Source: Stylophora pistillata (lineage: Eukaryota). From it: a stretch of DNA of 64,000 nucleotides. Below are positions 12,947 to 26,780 of this stretch, in pieces (position 1 is the stretch's first letter; each line of letters opens with the position of its first letter). Made by a program: the position numbers and the translations under genes. The stretch lies in assembly GCF_002571385.2 (NCBI RefSeq), contig NW_019217804.1:450306-514305 (forward strand), given 5' to 3'. The notes under the pieces are model-generated. The model was not told the origin of the DNA. It did no database searches and saw nothing but the letters and a program-made list of their open reading frames with translations.

Positions 12947-15084
12947 ACAAGCACGTAGCTCCTTAACTGAATAATTTTCGACGGGAAAAATCATACGCTT
13001 TTGTGACTCGACTCCATTTTGCCTTTGATAGTGTATTGAAGAAATATGCAAGATATTTCCATCAGGACCTCAAGGTATTTTAATCACAGAAAGTGTATAT
13101 TTGAAGTCAGTTTGTTCCCGAGGCAACAAAAAGGGTATTATGTTCTTTCTGTTTTGTACATTTGAGTTGGAAGTTTAACCTTTTGTCTACAATAAGTGTC
13201 GTTACTTCATGTGTTGTAGAGTAACGTGGACATTTCAAATTTTACTTACATACATACATACATACTTTATTTATTCCAGAAGCAGACTATGTATACACTA
13301 AGAGGAAATGGAAAATATGCTTCCAGAAAAGGAAGTTAAGAGGTTATCCCTATGTGAAAACTCCCTAAAAATTAAGTCTAAATGAAAATAAAATACTTAG
13401 TTATAATTAAATATTCAAATACAATTTAAGCTGAGATTTAAAATGCTGAAGATTATCAGCTTCCACTATGTTAAGTTGTCTTAAGTCTGTGAAGCTCCCA
13501 AAATCAGAGTGATTTCCTCGGCATGTGAGGATCAATCACACAGAGACTAAGCGAGGGTAGCCGGAAGAACCATGGCTGCTTTAAGTTACGAGAAGCGAAG
13601 CGGAAATTACTATTTTCAATTAATTCTAATTTAATCGCAATAACGCACGTAGAATCACAGCACACGTGCGTTGATGTTTACGATTTTACATGAGACAAAA
13701 ATGAAAAACTATTCTCGCACTGAGTGGCATTTCTGAAACGCGTTTCCTTTTGCTTGTAGCTGATCTGAAAATCTAATTCTAAAATAAATTTTATTTGTTT
13801 CTTTTTTGGATGGAATTAATGTAAAATAAGATTTATGAATCCTTGACTTTATTTGCTTTATTTTTTCCTAATCCATGAGTCGAGTTTAACAAGTCGACAA
13901 CTAACCTGCGGTGTGGGCCTATTTTTGGCAAGCATGAGCTTAATCGCGCAATTGGATGCTGCCATCTCCCGTTATTGAGAGAGAGGGTGGTTAGTTGGAA
14001 GAGTAGCGTGTTCCTATCAAGGGGTGGTCGATGGGAGAATTAAACATCGTGGGTCGCTCAAGTATCGCCACTTTACAATGCTCTCTGATCCGATGCCCTC
14101 ATTGCAGTGGAGAATTTTCTCCTAGTTAAGACTGCACATGACAAAACTTGAGTTGAGTGCCGTAAGCTGATTATTCTCATCACTCGGGTTTAAAATTGTT
14201 AGAACTAAGCCAGAAAGCTGTCATAATCTGTCTTATCCTTTCGAGGGGAAAATTCTTCATCGCGAGCTAAGTGCACGCGATCGGCAAAGGATAGGCGAAC
14301 AGAAAACGATCGAACATCGATTAGCTTTCTATTTTTAAAAGTGATCCAGCGCACTTTCTGTCTCCATAGATAAAAGTGAGACGTTTACGCGCGTATGAAG
14401 ATAGTTGCTGATCAAGGAGAGGCCAAAATATTGAATAACAGCATTTGTGACCGGAAATATCAAAAATAAAAATCGGACGTGAAGGAAGAAAAAAATTCTT
14501 TAACTTGTGACTAACTTCTCTTAGAAAGAGAGGAAAAATCTGATTTTCAAGTAAAGAGGTGCGATTGTCAATTCTTTGAAGATTGTTGGGAAGGGATGTC
14601 AAAACTAGGCCGGTTTCATGTAGGCTTTAATTTAAAATCATTTCTATCATATTTGCTGCAGCGTATACTTTGGAAGGAATTATTTCTTCCAAAGTATAAG
14701 ATACAGCAAGTTTGTTGAAAGTAAAACCAGTCAAATATCCTATCTTCTGTCTCGGCGACATCGTCGAGGAAGTTAAAGAATTGAAACCGCGGAGATGAAA
14801 TTGAAATTAGATACCGGAAAAAAGCTATGTTCGTTTTGAAGTTATCAACAATTGAAGTTTCTATCAACTCTTTGTTATCAAAATCTGTCGTTAGTGTAAT
14901 TGGACCGGCCAACTAAGGGCCTATCCGCACTAGCGGACAAAACTAGAATTGTTCCGACAAAATCGAAGGACAAATTTTGTCAGGACAAATTTTTGTCTTG
15001 TCTGCGGTGTCCGCATTCAAATTTTCAAAGCGGCAAATTCTGTCAACACCTTAACAGTAATGATTATTTTTTAAACTTTTAATT

Positions 15085-16174
15085 TTGCGTGCGCCAAAAC
15101 ATCGAACATTCGCACGTCGACGCAACCCCTACTTTTGGAAACTTCCAAGACCAAACCAGTCGTGGTTCGAGATCCACTTCAATGACCGAAGAATTCCCGA
15201 AGAGTATTTCCGCAAACAACTGCGAATGAATCGTCGTACCTTCGATATGTTGTTGAATGTCTTGCGACCTGCCGTAACACGCGAAAATCCAAGATTGCGT
15301 GACTGCATCGCTCCAGAAAAAGTACTCGCACTTGGTTTGTATCGTCTGGCGCACGGGAACAGTTATGAAAGTATTGGGCCAAATTTCAATGTTGGAAGAT
15401 CGACTGTTTTTCCAAGACGTTGTGGAGGCCCTTTTCAACCTGAGGAATGTCTACATAAAATTCCCCATTACAGAAGCGGAAACCTGGGTTTGCGTAGAGA
15501 CATTTCAAGATGTTTCTGATTTCCCAAACATTGTTGGTGCAATAGACGGATCTCACATAAGAATAGCTGCCCCTCCAGACAGTGCTGTTGACTATTTCAG
15601 TCGCTATCAACAACATGACTTTATTGTTCAAGCTATTGTCGATGGTAAAAATCGCTTTCTTGACTTCACGTCGGTTTCCGGAACTGAGTATGCATGATGA
15701 CAGAGTTCTGCGGAATAGTACAATATTTGATTTCGCAGAGAACGATCAGATTCTTACCGGTCCAGTTGTGCGAATCGGGGCTAACGAGATCAAACCCTAT
15801 CTAGTTGGAGACAGTGCATACCCTCTAGCTTCTTGGCTTCAAAAGCCATTTCCTGAAGCAACAAGAGACCCAGAGGAAATAGCTTTTAATAGAGCTTTGT
15901 CCGCCGCAAGAGTAGCAGTAGAGTGCGCTTTTGGTCTGTTGAAAATCGTTGGCGGATACTAGGGAAACGGCTAGATAGTAGGATTTCGTTTGCAAACGAA
16001 ACTGCTATTGCTTGTGCGGTCCTTCACAATTCCAGTCTATTAAATCAAGACGGTTGGAATGACGATGACAATGACGACCCTGGAGATCAAGGTCACGAAA
16101 ACAACGACGATGATGTTATAAGGGATGGAGATGACGTCCGAAGTGTGTTAAGAGAATACATTGCAAATGCATAA
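15085..16174 (+). pseudogene. Harbinger (HARBI1-like) DDE transposase, frameshifted
   Basis: Consecutive frames give FRKQLRMNRRTF, LYRLAHGNSYESIG, FPNIVGAIDGSHIRI, MHDDRVL, LVGDSAYPL, ARVAVECAFGLLK, ACAVLHN. At least 3 frameshifts. Confidence 0.92.
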
Positions 16175-16568
16175 CTGAATCAAAACATTGTAATCAAAGT
16201 TATTTTCCCATTGTAATCACCCGAATAAAGCAATTGAATCCAATTTAGTACAATAATATTAACAAAAATACAAAATATATGACCAAGGCTAAATTCGTTG
16301 TCGAAATGTTACACTCATAAGTGATCCATATTTTTTTTCCTGTTACGCTTGGGACTCGTCAAAACTATTCACATTACAGTTAACAAAATCAAATTAAATC
16401 ACATTGATTATAATCGCTCCTTTCCTTAAAAAATGATTTTATAGTACGGTAAACATATGATGAAATGACACTTGTAATTGTGAACAATGACTATAACAAA
16501 CTACGACCGTCCTTTCTCCTAATACTTGTCAGTTCTTTTTCCAATAAATTTTTCAACTCCAAAGTCGC

Positions 16569-17396
16569 CTATTTTTTATCTTTGATAGCTTCTACAGGAG
16601 AGCCCATGAAGGATGCCACCATTTCTAGTTGCTTGCTCTGATTTTCCTGCAAGCCCTGCATAATTTCCGTTAGCTTTTCGCCCTGCTTTTCAATCGATTC
16701 GATGCTCCTCCTGAGCGAAGTTGCCTCTTCATCTTCTCCATCTTCGGGTATTTTTCTCTTCGTTGCTCTCTTCCGCTCTTTCCTGGCTCTGCTGGGGCGG
16801 TTTACGGCGTTGGATGATTCAGCACAACTTGTTCCACTTGTCCTACTGGTCCTTGGCTGTGGGCCTGGAGTTCCAGAACTACTACTAGGTGCAACAGAGT
16901 CATGATCATTGGTGCTTGGGGAAGTCGGACTCGAGATTGGAGAATCGGTACGTGTCCCTGCTTCGACCAAGTGCAACAACATCTCTTGTCCCACGAACAC
17001 GATCAATTTTGTCATAGAAGACACTTTTTCTTAATTGGCCTCCACTCTGAGTTTTTTTCCAGGTTTTTGCATCCTTATATTTATCGATAAAGTATTTGAA
17101 TTTCCTCTGGCATTTTTCTACTGTCTTTTTCGTTCCAAAATTGATCTCGATCTCTTGACATATCTCCATCCACGCTATCCTAGCGTCTTTGCTTTCTAAA
17201 CTTTGCTTTTCGGACCACGGATCAACCAGGAAACTCTGTTCTTCGTTAGACCATTTGTCGTAACTCGATTTCCCTTTTCCTTTGTTTTTGCGAAGGCGTT
17301 TGTACGATCACCTGTTTCGTTGGATTGAAACTGGCGTGACGACTGGGAAAACACACCATTGCTGTAGCTTGGCCCAGCTGCATGAACACTGTTCAA
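16569..17396 (-). pseudogene. Harbinger Myb/SANT-like DNA-binding partner ORF, frameshifted
   Basis: WMEICQEIEINFGTKKTVEKCQRKFKYFIDKYKDAK..W (trihelix/Myb-like), then a Ser-rich linker, NLS-like basic patch and coiled coil. Split over several frames. Confidence 0.8.
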
Positions 17397-20300
17397 TTGA
17401 TCGTTGTATGGTGGAATGGTTCAGCGTCCTATATAGTGTGCCTACTCATAGGGCAGACCGGCATAGTTTGCCATTGGATTTAAATTCCAATTGCCGGGAT
17501 TCATCTTTACGTTACGCGTTCACTGTTAAAGCATCCAGTTTTCAGCGTTTCGCAGGAAATGCCTCAGAAGGTAATTTGAACTCAATTCACTTACCAATAC
17601 CAGGCAGGCCGTAATAGCTTTTCTGACAAATGATTGACAAGTTTAACACATTTGTCGATTATGGCAAATTTTTACCCGGGACAAATTTTGTCGGCGGTGC
17701 GTTTGTCGGCTTCGGACAAAATTTGTCCGAAGTCGCGACAAACCGTCCGCACTTGTGAAGCGCTGGTGATGACAGAAAATTTGTCTAAATAAACATTTTT
17801 TACGCTAGTGCGGATAGGCCCTAATATTTATAAGTTTCTAAGTCATTCGAATAATGTCTGTACCGGCGCGCGACGTCATTTTCGAAAAAGTAAAGAAAGA
17901 GAAAATTGAGTGCCAAAGNNNNNNNNNNNNNNNNNNNNNNNNNNNNNNNNNNNNNNNNNNNNNNNNNNNNNNNNNNNNNNNNNNNNNNNNNNNNNNNNNN
18001 NNNNNNNNNNNNNNNNNNNNNNNNNNNNNNNNNNNNNNNNNNNNNNNNNNNNNNNNNNNNNNNNNNNNNNNNNNNNNNNNNNNNNNNNNNNNNNNNNNNN
18101 NNNNNNNNNNNNNNNNNNNNNNNNNNNNNNNNNNNNNNNNNNNNNNNNNNNNNNNNNNNNNNNNNNNNNNNNNNNNNNNNNNNNNNNNNNNNNNNNNNNN
18201 NNNNNNNNNNNNNNNNNNNNNNNNNNNNNNNNNNNNNNNNNNNNNNNNNNNNNNNNNNNNNNNNNNNNNNNNNNNNNNNNNNNNNNNNNNNNNNNNNNNN
18301 NNNNNNNNNNNNNNNNNNNNNNNNNNNNNNNNNNNNNNNNNNNNNNNNNNNNNNNNNNNNNNNNNNNNNNNNNNNNNNNNNNNNNNNNNNNNNNNNNNNN
18401 NNNNNNNNNNNNNNNNNNNNNNNNNNNNNNNNNNNNNNNNNNNNNNNNNNNNNNNNNNNNNNNNNNNNNNNNNNNNNNNNNNNNNNNNNNNNNNNNNNNN
18501 NNNNNNNNNNNNNNNNNNNNNNNNNNNNNNNNNNNNNNNNNNNNNNNNNNNNNNNNNNNNNNNNNNNNNNNNNNNNNNNNNNNNNNNNNNNNNNNNNNNN
18601 NNNNNNNNNNNNNNNNNNNNNNNNNNNNNNNNNNNNNNNNNNNNNNNNNNNNNNNNNNNNNNNNNNNNNNNNNNNNNNNNNNNNNNNNNNNNNNNNNNNN
18701 NNNNNNNNNNNNNNNNNNNNNNNNNNNNNNNNNNNNNNNNNNNNNNNNNNNNNNNNNNNNNNNNNNNNNNNNNNNNNNNNNNNNNNNNNNNNNNNNNNNN
18801 NNNNNNNNNNNNNNNNNNNNNNNNNNNNNNNNNNNNNNNNNNNNNNNNNNNNNNNNNNNNNNNNNNNNNNNNNNNNNNNNNNNNNNNNNNNNGGGGGGGC
18901 GGGGGGAAGGAGGGGGATTTCACAAGAATATTTAGGGCTAATGCAGTGATCAGGTCGATTTTATCTTGACAGAACCAAAATCATCCGACTCCCCCCCCTT
19001 CTCTCCCTCTCTCTCTCTCTCTCTCCCTTACATCAAAACATTAGGAGCCGGTTATTTTAACGAGGTCTAACCCAAACGGCGGCTTTACACAAGCAGTGGG
19101 CTCTACGTATGCTCTTTATGAGGGTTGTTTCTATTTAATAAATGTCCTTCCAAAGTTAGATTTCGGTCCTCTTGACACCGTGCACAAAAATAAAAGTTCA
19201 AATAAAAGATTCAGCCAAATTCTGTATAGTTTTTTAGTTTTGTTAAAAAGCAGTTAAACTTAGTTTAAATAAGCGGTTTTCAGATTTCTTTCGTTAATGT
19301 GGCTTTCAAGTTCCTATGAAGACTTTATAAAACAAGTATGAGTCATTTCAATATTGTTTTAGAGTATTGTTTATCCCTTCACTGTCTCGGACAGTTACAA
19401 ACTCGGTCATGTACAAGTATATTACGAAAACGCCATGTGTAACAATTCTACAACTACACCGTCACTTATTTTCAAAAATAGAATATCCTTCTTTAATTTT
19501 GATAACATGTTCCAGATATCTAGTATAAATTACAACTGAAACAATAAGTTAGGAATTTAACCATGTATTTTTAAATAGTCCATTGTTGGATAGCGATTAA
19601 ACCGTACTTGGTAGAGTTGAATGGTTATGAAAGCCGGCAAAAATGGGAGAAGAAAAAGAAAAACAGTGTCGCAGGTTATGCTGGGATCTCACTCAGAACA
19701 GAGGATCTTGGTCTTCGTGTTCACACAGTGTGAATAAATACAGGGACAGAATCAAGAATTTTCCAACCTAGATTCAGAAAACCCTAAATAAGCCAAGAAA
19801 TACTTTAAGATTAGTAAAATGTATTCAAGTTGTCTGACGCAACTAGAATACATTTATGAGAAGTTCTAAGTATTAAGTAATTTCAGCGTGATTGGAATTG
19901 TATTGGATGTTAGCTCGACCAGTTTACAATACCTAGACAAAACCATACAACATCAATATTCTGCCGGGTTTCACAACCATTACAGCACATTATTAACTAT
20001 AGTTCAACAAAATCCTCAGCAGACATAACTGTTTGCTGAAACTGTCTAGTAATCAAGGGCTCAAGGATCGATCGATTAACTAAGAGTTAGATCAACGAGA
20101 GGCGTGTTGAAAACTGTCTTTGCCAATATGGCTATGCATAGCATCTTCTGTCTTATAGTTTAACTATAGTATCTAGCTATAAATAACTTTTGAAGTATTT
20201 GTATATTTATAAATAACATTTTCATTTTACACACTTTACCTTTTTTCTTAAGTAACTTTTTTTTTATCTATGTTTTGGTGATAAATAGTAAAGATAATTA

Positions 20301-20789
20301 GCGCGCTTCTACTCTATAGAAGGCGATGTGGTCATTCGTCTTACTAGATAAATAGGAGGAGTATGCTCCAGAAATCATATCAGTTACCGCATTTTAAGAT
20401 TTCAGAGAGTAACCTAACCCGTCGCAAATTGTCCTTAAACGCTCTAAACATTCGACGAACGGGCGCCGCCATTTTGAAAACAAATGAGTAACCTGGTCGC
20501 ACACGCGACGCTGTTCATGGTCAGCTGATGCTCTGAATACCGAAAAAAAAATGGATAAATAAAAAAGATAATCGATATTCGAGTTTAGAAAGCCGTTTTG
20601 TGTAGCTTCCTATTATTCAAGCAGACCATTGAGAGATGGAAGAAAGGAACGAGCCCAGATTCTCGAGAAAGATTCGAAATGGTGGTGTCCTTTGTTTCTT
20701 TTTGAAATCTCAAAATGCGACCAGTCTCACAATTTAATGCATACATTGAAATATCGGAGGTAGTATGGTTTCTGGAGCATAATTTTCTA

Positions 20790-23402
20790 TTAAATTAAAC
20801 AAGACAGAACGTCGACGATGACATCTTTCAATGTGTAAAGGATAGCATAGTTTCGATAGGTCTTAACCACGTCATCAGTAATCGTCAAGCTCTGGTGATA
20901 AAGATAAATATGAAAGAAGGCTTTTAGATTTCTACGTTGCAAACGAGAGGCAAAGAAGCTTAGTGTGTCAGATTTTGGGGTCTAAAGGTCATTAAAGGGA
21001 ATAACTTGTTAAGTCTCTTTACCATTATTTTCCGTAGCCGCTTTCTTGCTTACGGTCTACGTAAGCAGCTACGGGAAAAAAATCTACGTGAAATTTGTTT
21101 ATTTCTAAAGCGCTTTATTAAATAAGTATAACCTGCAGTATAATCTCATCGAACGAGCCTGCACTGAATCACAACTTTCTGACAAGTTATCAAGGTTTCC
21201 CACGGTAGTTGTCAGTGGGGACTACAGCAGAGCCCAGTAGGGAGTTTAAAATGTCATGACGGCGGCGCTTAGTGACTGAAAAAGTTAACTTTCTATCTTG
21301 TAAGCATTTTGCGCATATTTGCGCCGAACCTCCTTCTTCGAAGAGAAACGTGAATAATCCGGTGGCTAAGTACTCGTTCTCAGACAGTGAAAAAATTTTC
21401 GTGATTCCACATTATTTTGCTTTAGATGACCAGGAAATGTACAAAGTTTGAAAACGCACGTGTAGAGCTATTGTTTTGTCAACAGAACCTTTTGTTTCGC
21501 CACGTTCTTTTTGCTATCACCGTCGTGTTGTCCTCAAAGTCCGCAATCTTACAGTGACGTGAAGCCTTTGGATTTGCATGAGTGTTTAGGGCATAAAAAT
21601 TTAGTTTTGCATAGGAAGATATACCACCTACCACATGGTTGCTATTGACGAGGGCATTTAGAAATACTCTAGTATAATCGTCTAGCTCTCTCTCTGTCTT
21701 TTGCTGAGGAGGGAGCAAGGGCAATCCCGAAACCTAAAGTAAAAAACAAAACAAAAACGATTTCACTCAATACTGGGATGTGAACGAAACTCTACTATTA
21801 TTAAGTTCACTTTATTCTTACATTATGATATATCGCCAGGTAGGTACTGTTGAGCCAATGGCTTGTATCCTTGAGGACCTTTGCTAACAGAGAATGCTGA
21901 TTTCCTTTTGTTTCTTCATACGAGTATGCCAGCGAGAGTGGGAAGACGAAGGTGGATAACTTTGTGTACGCAATAGAGAGGTTGTCTTTTCTTGTCTACA
22001 GAGCGAAAAAGCATGCCAATGATATTTTTGAATTTTTTACATCGATTAAGGAAGTATTTACAAATTTTAACTTATCACTACATTGCATGAGTTCTTTTTG
22101 TAAGGTTTATTTGAAGTTACGTAATTGTTTCTCTTTTAACTGTGCCAGCACGTGTAAAGGTAATCCTCCTGTCTTTTAGTTTTCACTTACGATGTCTATA
22201 ATGTAAGAAAACTGTAGACGACAATGACCTAAAATACACAAACTTAGGACGTATGTACCAACTCGCTTCAGTTTGGCGTGAATTCAGTTGAATGTAAGCC
22301 TGTGGAGTATTCACGTGTTCAAAAAATTCCTGTTAAGGGTGAACTTTTTGGGGTTCTCCTTGTGAGTGATGCCCATGAAAATACTAGTGAGTTTGAACTT
22401 CACATCACGCGACACGGAAAAGTGGGTGACAGTTGTACTTTGGACACTTCGAAGAGTGAGTTGTAATATTTTTTTCTCTTATTTCCTCGCTATTTGAATG
22501 AGAAAACAAGTGATTTCAATTCAAACAGGGATGTTTCATTACCATATATAATCACTTACTTTAACTGTGTTAGATTTGCTTTCTTTGATTGGCGAATGTA
22601 GGTGCTTCAGTTGAAGCTCGTTATCAACGTTACAAAACTATTCACCTAACAATTTTTCAACTTGTGCCAGAAAACCACCCACTTCGCTCGTGGTTTCACT
22701 TGATTTTTAAACAGTTTATGACGTGAATTGCACTGTCAAGAAGATAATAGACTCCAAAAAGATGGAAGAGAATTGCTAACCAGTCTCATGATTTGCGCGC
22801 GCTTAGGCTGGAGACGTAAGCGACGATAAGATAAGTGCATTAAGCTCGATAGAGCACGCGTGCTTCCAAATGCACACACTTCAAATTTGATCCGACCAAT
22901 CAAAAAGCGCAAATAACACAGCATGTTAAAATTCTTTTTATTTTTTCCTTGACGACCTGTGTTGGAGAGCTATTGATACTTACCGTATTGTCAGAGCATA
23001 ACTGTGTGATTTCTTCTACTAGATATAATTCTGTTTCTTTAAGATCCCAATTGTTATCTATCCAAGGGTAGAGTTTTAACATCTAGGAATATTTGGAAGA
23101 GAAAAAATGATAGGTTTTCTAAGATAAGACCACTGAACTTAATCAACAGATAATTCAAATTAGAAAAACGTATCTCTTCTCCGTTTTTATGTTTTTGTTT
23201 TTTTTTTTTTTTGTTTTTTGTTTTTTTGTATTTCCTTTTCTTTTTATTTATTTATTCCGTTTCTTACCTGTTTAGTAGCGTTGGTTTGCCTTGGCAGCAG
23301 GACAGCTTTGACAATCACTTTTGCACTACTCAAGCGAGTCGTGGAAGCAACTAAACTTAATACTGTCATAATCATGGCACCGAGCAGGACATTGTAGTTC
23401 AT
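20790..23402 (-). CDS. Secreted helical-cytokine-like protein, paralog B (203 aa, 5 coding exons)
   Basis: Exons 23402-23268, 23082-22984, 21995-21822, 21733-21632, 20891-20790; GT-AG, phase 0. MNYNVLLGAMIMTVLSLVASTTRLSSAKVIVKAVLLPRQTNATKQ/MLKLYPWIDNNWDLKETELYLVEEITQLCSDNT/TRKDNLSIAYTKLSTFVFPLSLAYSYEETKGNQHSLLAKVLKDTSHWLNSTYLAIYHN/VSGLPLLPPQQKTERELDDYTRVFLNALVNSNHV/SLTITDDVVKTYRNYAILYTLKDVIVDVLSCLI*. Confidence 0.9.
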
Positions 23403-26301
23403 TTCTAGATGAGCAGAGAAAGAAAACGCACAGTTAAATAACTTTCGTAACTCTTTTTCGTCGTAGCAGGAGTACGAAGAATTGCATCGAGATTGCACCG
23501 GAGTGAGTTGATCCCGAAGCCAGTTTGAATGGATTACAAGCGGTGAAATGATTTTCAAAAGCCTCCGTTTTAAAATGTCGACGAAAATATCATACGAAAC
23601 CTTGCGACTCTTTTTAAAGTGCTTTTCATAGTAGTAATTTTAGGTACGTTCCTGTCTCATTCCAAATCAAAGTTGTAGTCAGTATTTACCTATCCCTTTA
23701 AGGTTTGTTGCTGTAGGCCAATCGCTCTGAATTGAATTCTGTCCTTGTTACAGTTACCCACTTCCCATATGGCAATCGATTGGAACTTGATGGACGGTCG
23801 TTTACACAAAAGCGAAACCGTGCTACTGATTACCCTCACTTTTTCTATTAAGGATTGCCGACAAGGAGATTTCCGTCACGCTTCTCCCTTGTTCTCTTGA
23901 GAAATCCTCTTTACTGAACGTGTCACGCGGATTTTGACCGTTTTTTATTATCACTCAGCAGTAACACTTAATACATTTGCGCTTATTAAAGGAAACAACA
24001 GGGGTTTAAAGGAAGTTGGATTTTTTTGAACATCATCAGCAAAAAAAAAATTCGGCTCGTTTTCTTTCTTTGCTTTGGAACCCACCCAAATTAGAAAAGG
24101 CAGAAAAAAACCTCAAAACCAACTTTTTTAAAAAAAATGCACCGCGTTTCAACCCAATGTATCGATTTTTTTGACACTAATTGACAGTTTTGTAACAATT
24201 TCGTGGGGGTCGCAAAGTTTATCATAATCTGTATGTTTATCTTTTTAAAACGACGTTCTTAAATGTTGGACGTGACGCTAGATCCCATGACATTGTTATT
24301 AAGAATTTTTTCACATTCTGGTAAATTCGTCAGGGTGCTCTTTGTCCTTTTTGCCGGGAAAGCCACAAAATGAAAGGCAAATCAAACAAAACCAAGCGAA
24401 AATTTTTAAAACAAAGCATGATCATTTCTGAAAACAATCAGTTTTTCTGTATTTCCACTTTATCAATAATGAATTGAGGAGCTCGTTCACAGCCAGGATT
24501 GTCACCTGCATGCTTCCAAAAGGTGAGGAACCAAGTACTCGTTTTCCATAGTCAAAGGAAAAACGGAATTCTGGGGAGGTGGAATCATAAAAGCGATAAC
24601 TGTTTTCATCCTGTAGACTTATTGATTGCTGATTAACTTGCTTCCCACGTTCAAAGAAAACAAAACGAAGTATCCAAACATCGCATTACAATTTTCACGT
24701 GCAACCAGGTTAGGGTTCAGCAGTATGACAGTTGACCCATTGACTGTTAGACTGTCTGGCCATTAAACGATGGAAAAGCAATTAAATATCCATTTAATGA
24801 GCAATTTTTAGTCATCAGGTAAAAGTATGCTTTTCTTTATTTCAGTTTTTCCGACTTTAGTCAATAATGCTCTCCAAAATAGCCATTTATAATAAATAAA
24901 TGAGTTTTGGATTTTATCCAGTGAACGATTTTTGTAGGCACAAAAGCGATAGACACGTTCGAGCAAAACAAACCTTTTTTTAATACAATATTTCATGCGA
25001 CGTAAAATGCATTCCTCAAATTTTTATTGATTTATCTTGGCAAAAAAATGAAAACATAAACTCCCCTAATATCACATGAGTACATGTGGGTAAGTTGTTT
25101 GGTGTGTCCTATGACGTTCACGCGTCTTCTTGGAAAAATTGGTTGCCGTGCACGTAAATATTCTTTATATCAGAGATTACAAAGAGGAAAAATTAAGAAT
25201 GAAAAGAAACAAGAAAATTTGTGTCGATAGGATGGGATCATCGAGGTTGTGTTAATACTTAAGGATATGAAATGTTTTCTTGTCGGACTGCTGCTTCTTT
25301 GGAAAAGGAGTTTGTATTTGGTATTTGTCACCAAATTCTTAATTAATCAATGATAAACGTTCTCAGTATTTATCTCCTTGGAGTTGTCAACCCGGTGTAA
25401 AAGTATTTTCTGTATTTTATATATATGTATTTTCCAACTATCTTTAAAGAAAAGCAAGCTCTTTAGTTAATTCACACCGGTTTGCAATGGGTAAAAAATA
25501 AAATTATATAACGGTTTCCAATGGTTACTAATCTCTTTATGGTCACTTTGCTGTAAGCTTTAACTCGGAGAAAAGATTTTCAAACAAAGCTTTCCCATTA
25601 AAATATTTAGTTGAGTATAGGTCAAAAGCATTCAGAGAAGTGTAGAATCAATAAAATTCTACCCAAACAACTTAGAGGCCTTCACTCCCTTTTGACATAC
25701 GTTTTGGATACCAATCTTTATTCAGTATCAGTACTGACCAACACGAGCGAGCTACATTCAACTTTTCCATTAAAACATCTGGTGTACCAAAAATCTAGAT
25801 GTACGCCTGGTGGTCACTGAGCCAGGGCGAGTTCAGTAAAGTTGAAAGTTTAGGGTCGTTTCCCCTTGAGCACAAAATATTCGGTTTGCAAACTGCCGTT
25901 GGCTAAGCCACATATCAAGACAAGCACTGTAACACGTTTCAGGTTTATCACCTGGTGCAAATGGCTCTTTTGCAACTTGCAAAGCCCTCAATGGCGACAG
26001 TTCAGTTCATTCAATTCCAGAGCATTACTCTTCGATGTTACGTAACGCAATTCTACCAGTGAAGGTCAAGCGAACACATTATTCTCTGGGGTACACCATA
26101 ATTTTTCTCACGGCTATCAATTTTAGTTAGAAGCTCACAAGATACTCGTTGGCCGACCTCGACTTACGTACCGCAGAAATATGATGGATCACAAGATCCA
26201 CACGAGAAAAACAAATTTTCTTTAACCGGCATTTGAAATGGGCAGCGATTTAGCCTCAAAACATCCGTCTTGGTGATAATTTGCGCAATATTGATGTAAC
26301 C

Positions 26302-26780
26302 TTTGTAACCTTTCAACCAGAGGTACATTGTCTTTTCACAAGTTATTAAAACATATGCATTAATGGAAAAAAAATATAAACAGGACTGAATAACGAGGGA
26401 CCATTTCCTTTATCATAGAAAAATGTTCACACATGAAAACAGAGGCAGACCTGTGAAGAAGTGCGTTTTGCAAGCTAACTTTGCGTATTGTTTCGTTTAG
26501 TGACTTATTATAAAACATATCACCAATTGAAAAGAAGGCCGGTTCACCAGCCCATCCCAAAGGTTTTTAATCCATAGTTTGATATGTAAAATGATGAAGC
26601 GTAGTCGAACCGGCTGTGAAGGAGCATCACTTAAAAATGTATATTTACAAGTGTGAGCACTTTTCTATGATAAAGGAAATGGTCCCTCGTTATTCAGTCC
26701 TGTTTATATTCTTTCCCATTAATGAATATGTTTTAATAACTTGTGAAAAGACAATGTACTCCTGGTTGAAAGGCTACAAA
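26302..26780. mobile_element. MITE/foldback element with ~125 bp terminal inverted repeats
   Basis: 26302-26431 (TTTGTAACCTTTCAACCAG..GGACTGAATAACGAGGGACCATTTCCTTTATCATAGAAAA) is the reverse complement of ~26651-26780. Confidence 0.8.

Larger units (their letters stand above)
14917..17821. mobile_element. PIF/Harbinger DNA transposon, full length, decayed
   Basis: 19 bp TIRs GGGCCTATCCGCACTAGCG (14917-14935; reverse complement at 17803-17821). TAA target duplication on both sides. Convergent transposase and Myb/SANT ORFs. Confidence 0.95.

Noticed and set aside
17838-18969. Long ORFs in the track
   Set aside because: Artefacts of the N gap (poly-X).
22555-22650. Candidate extra exon in intron 2 of paralog B
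   Set aside because: Not homologous to the other paralogs; the true exon 3 is at 21995-21822.
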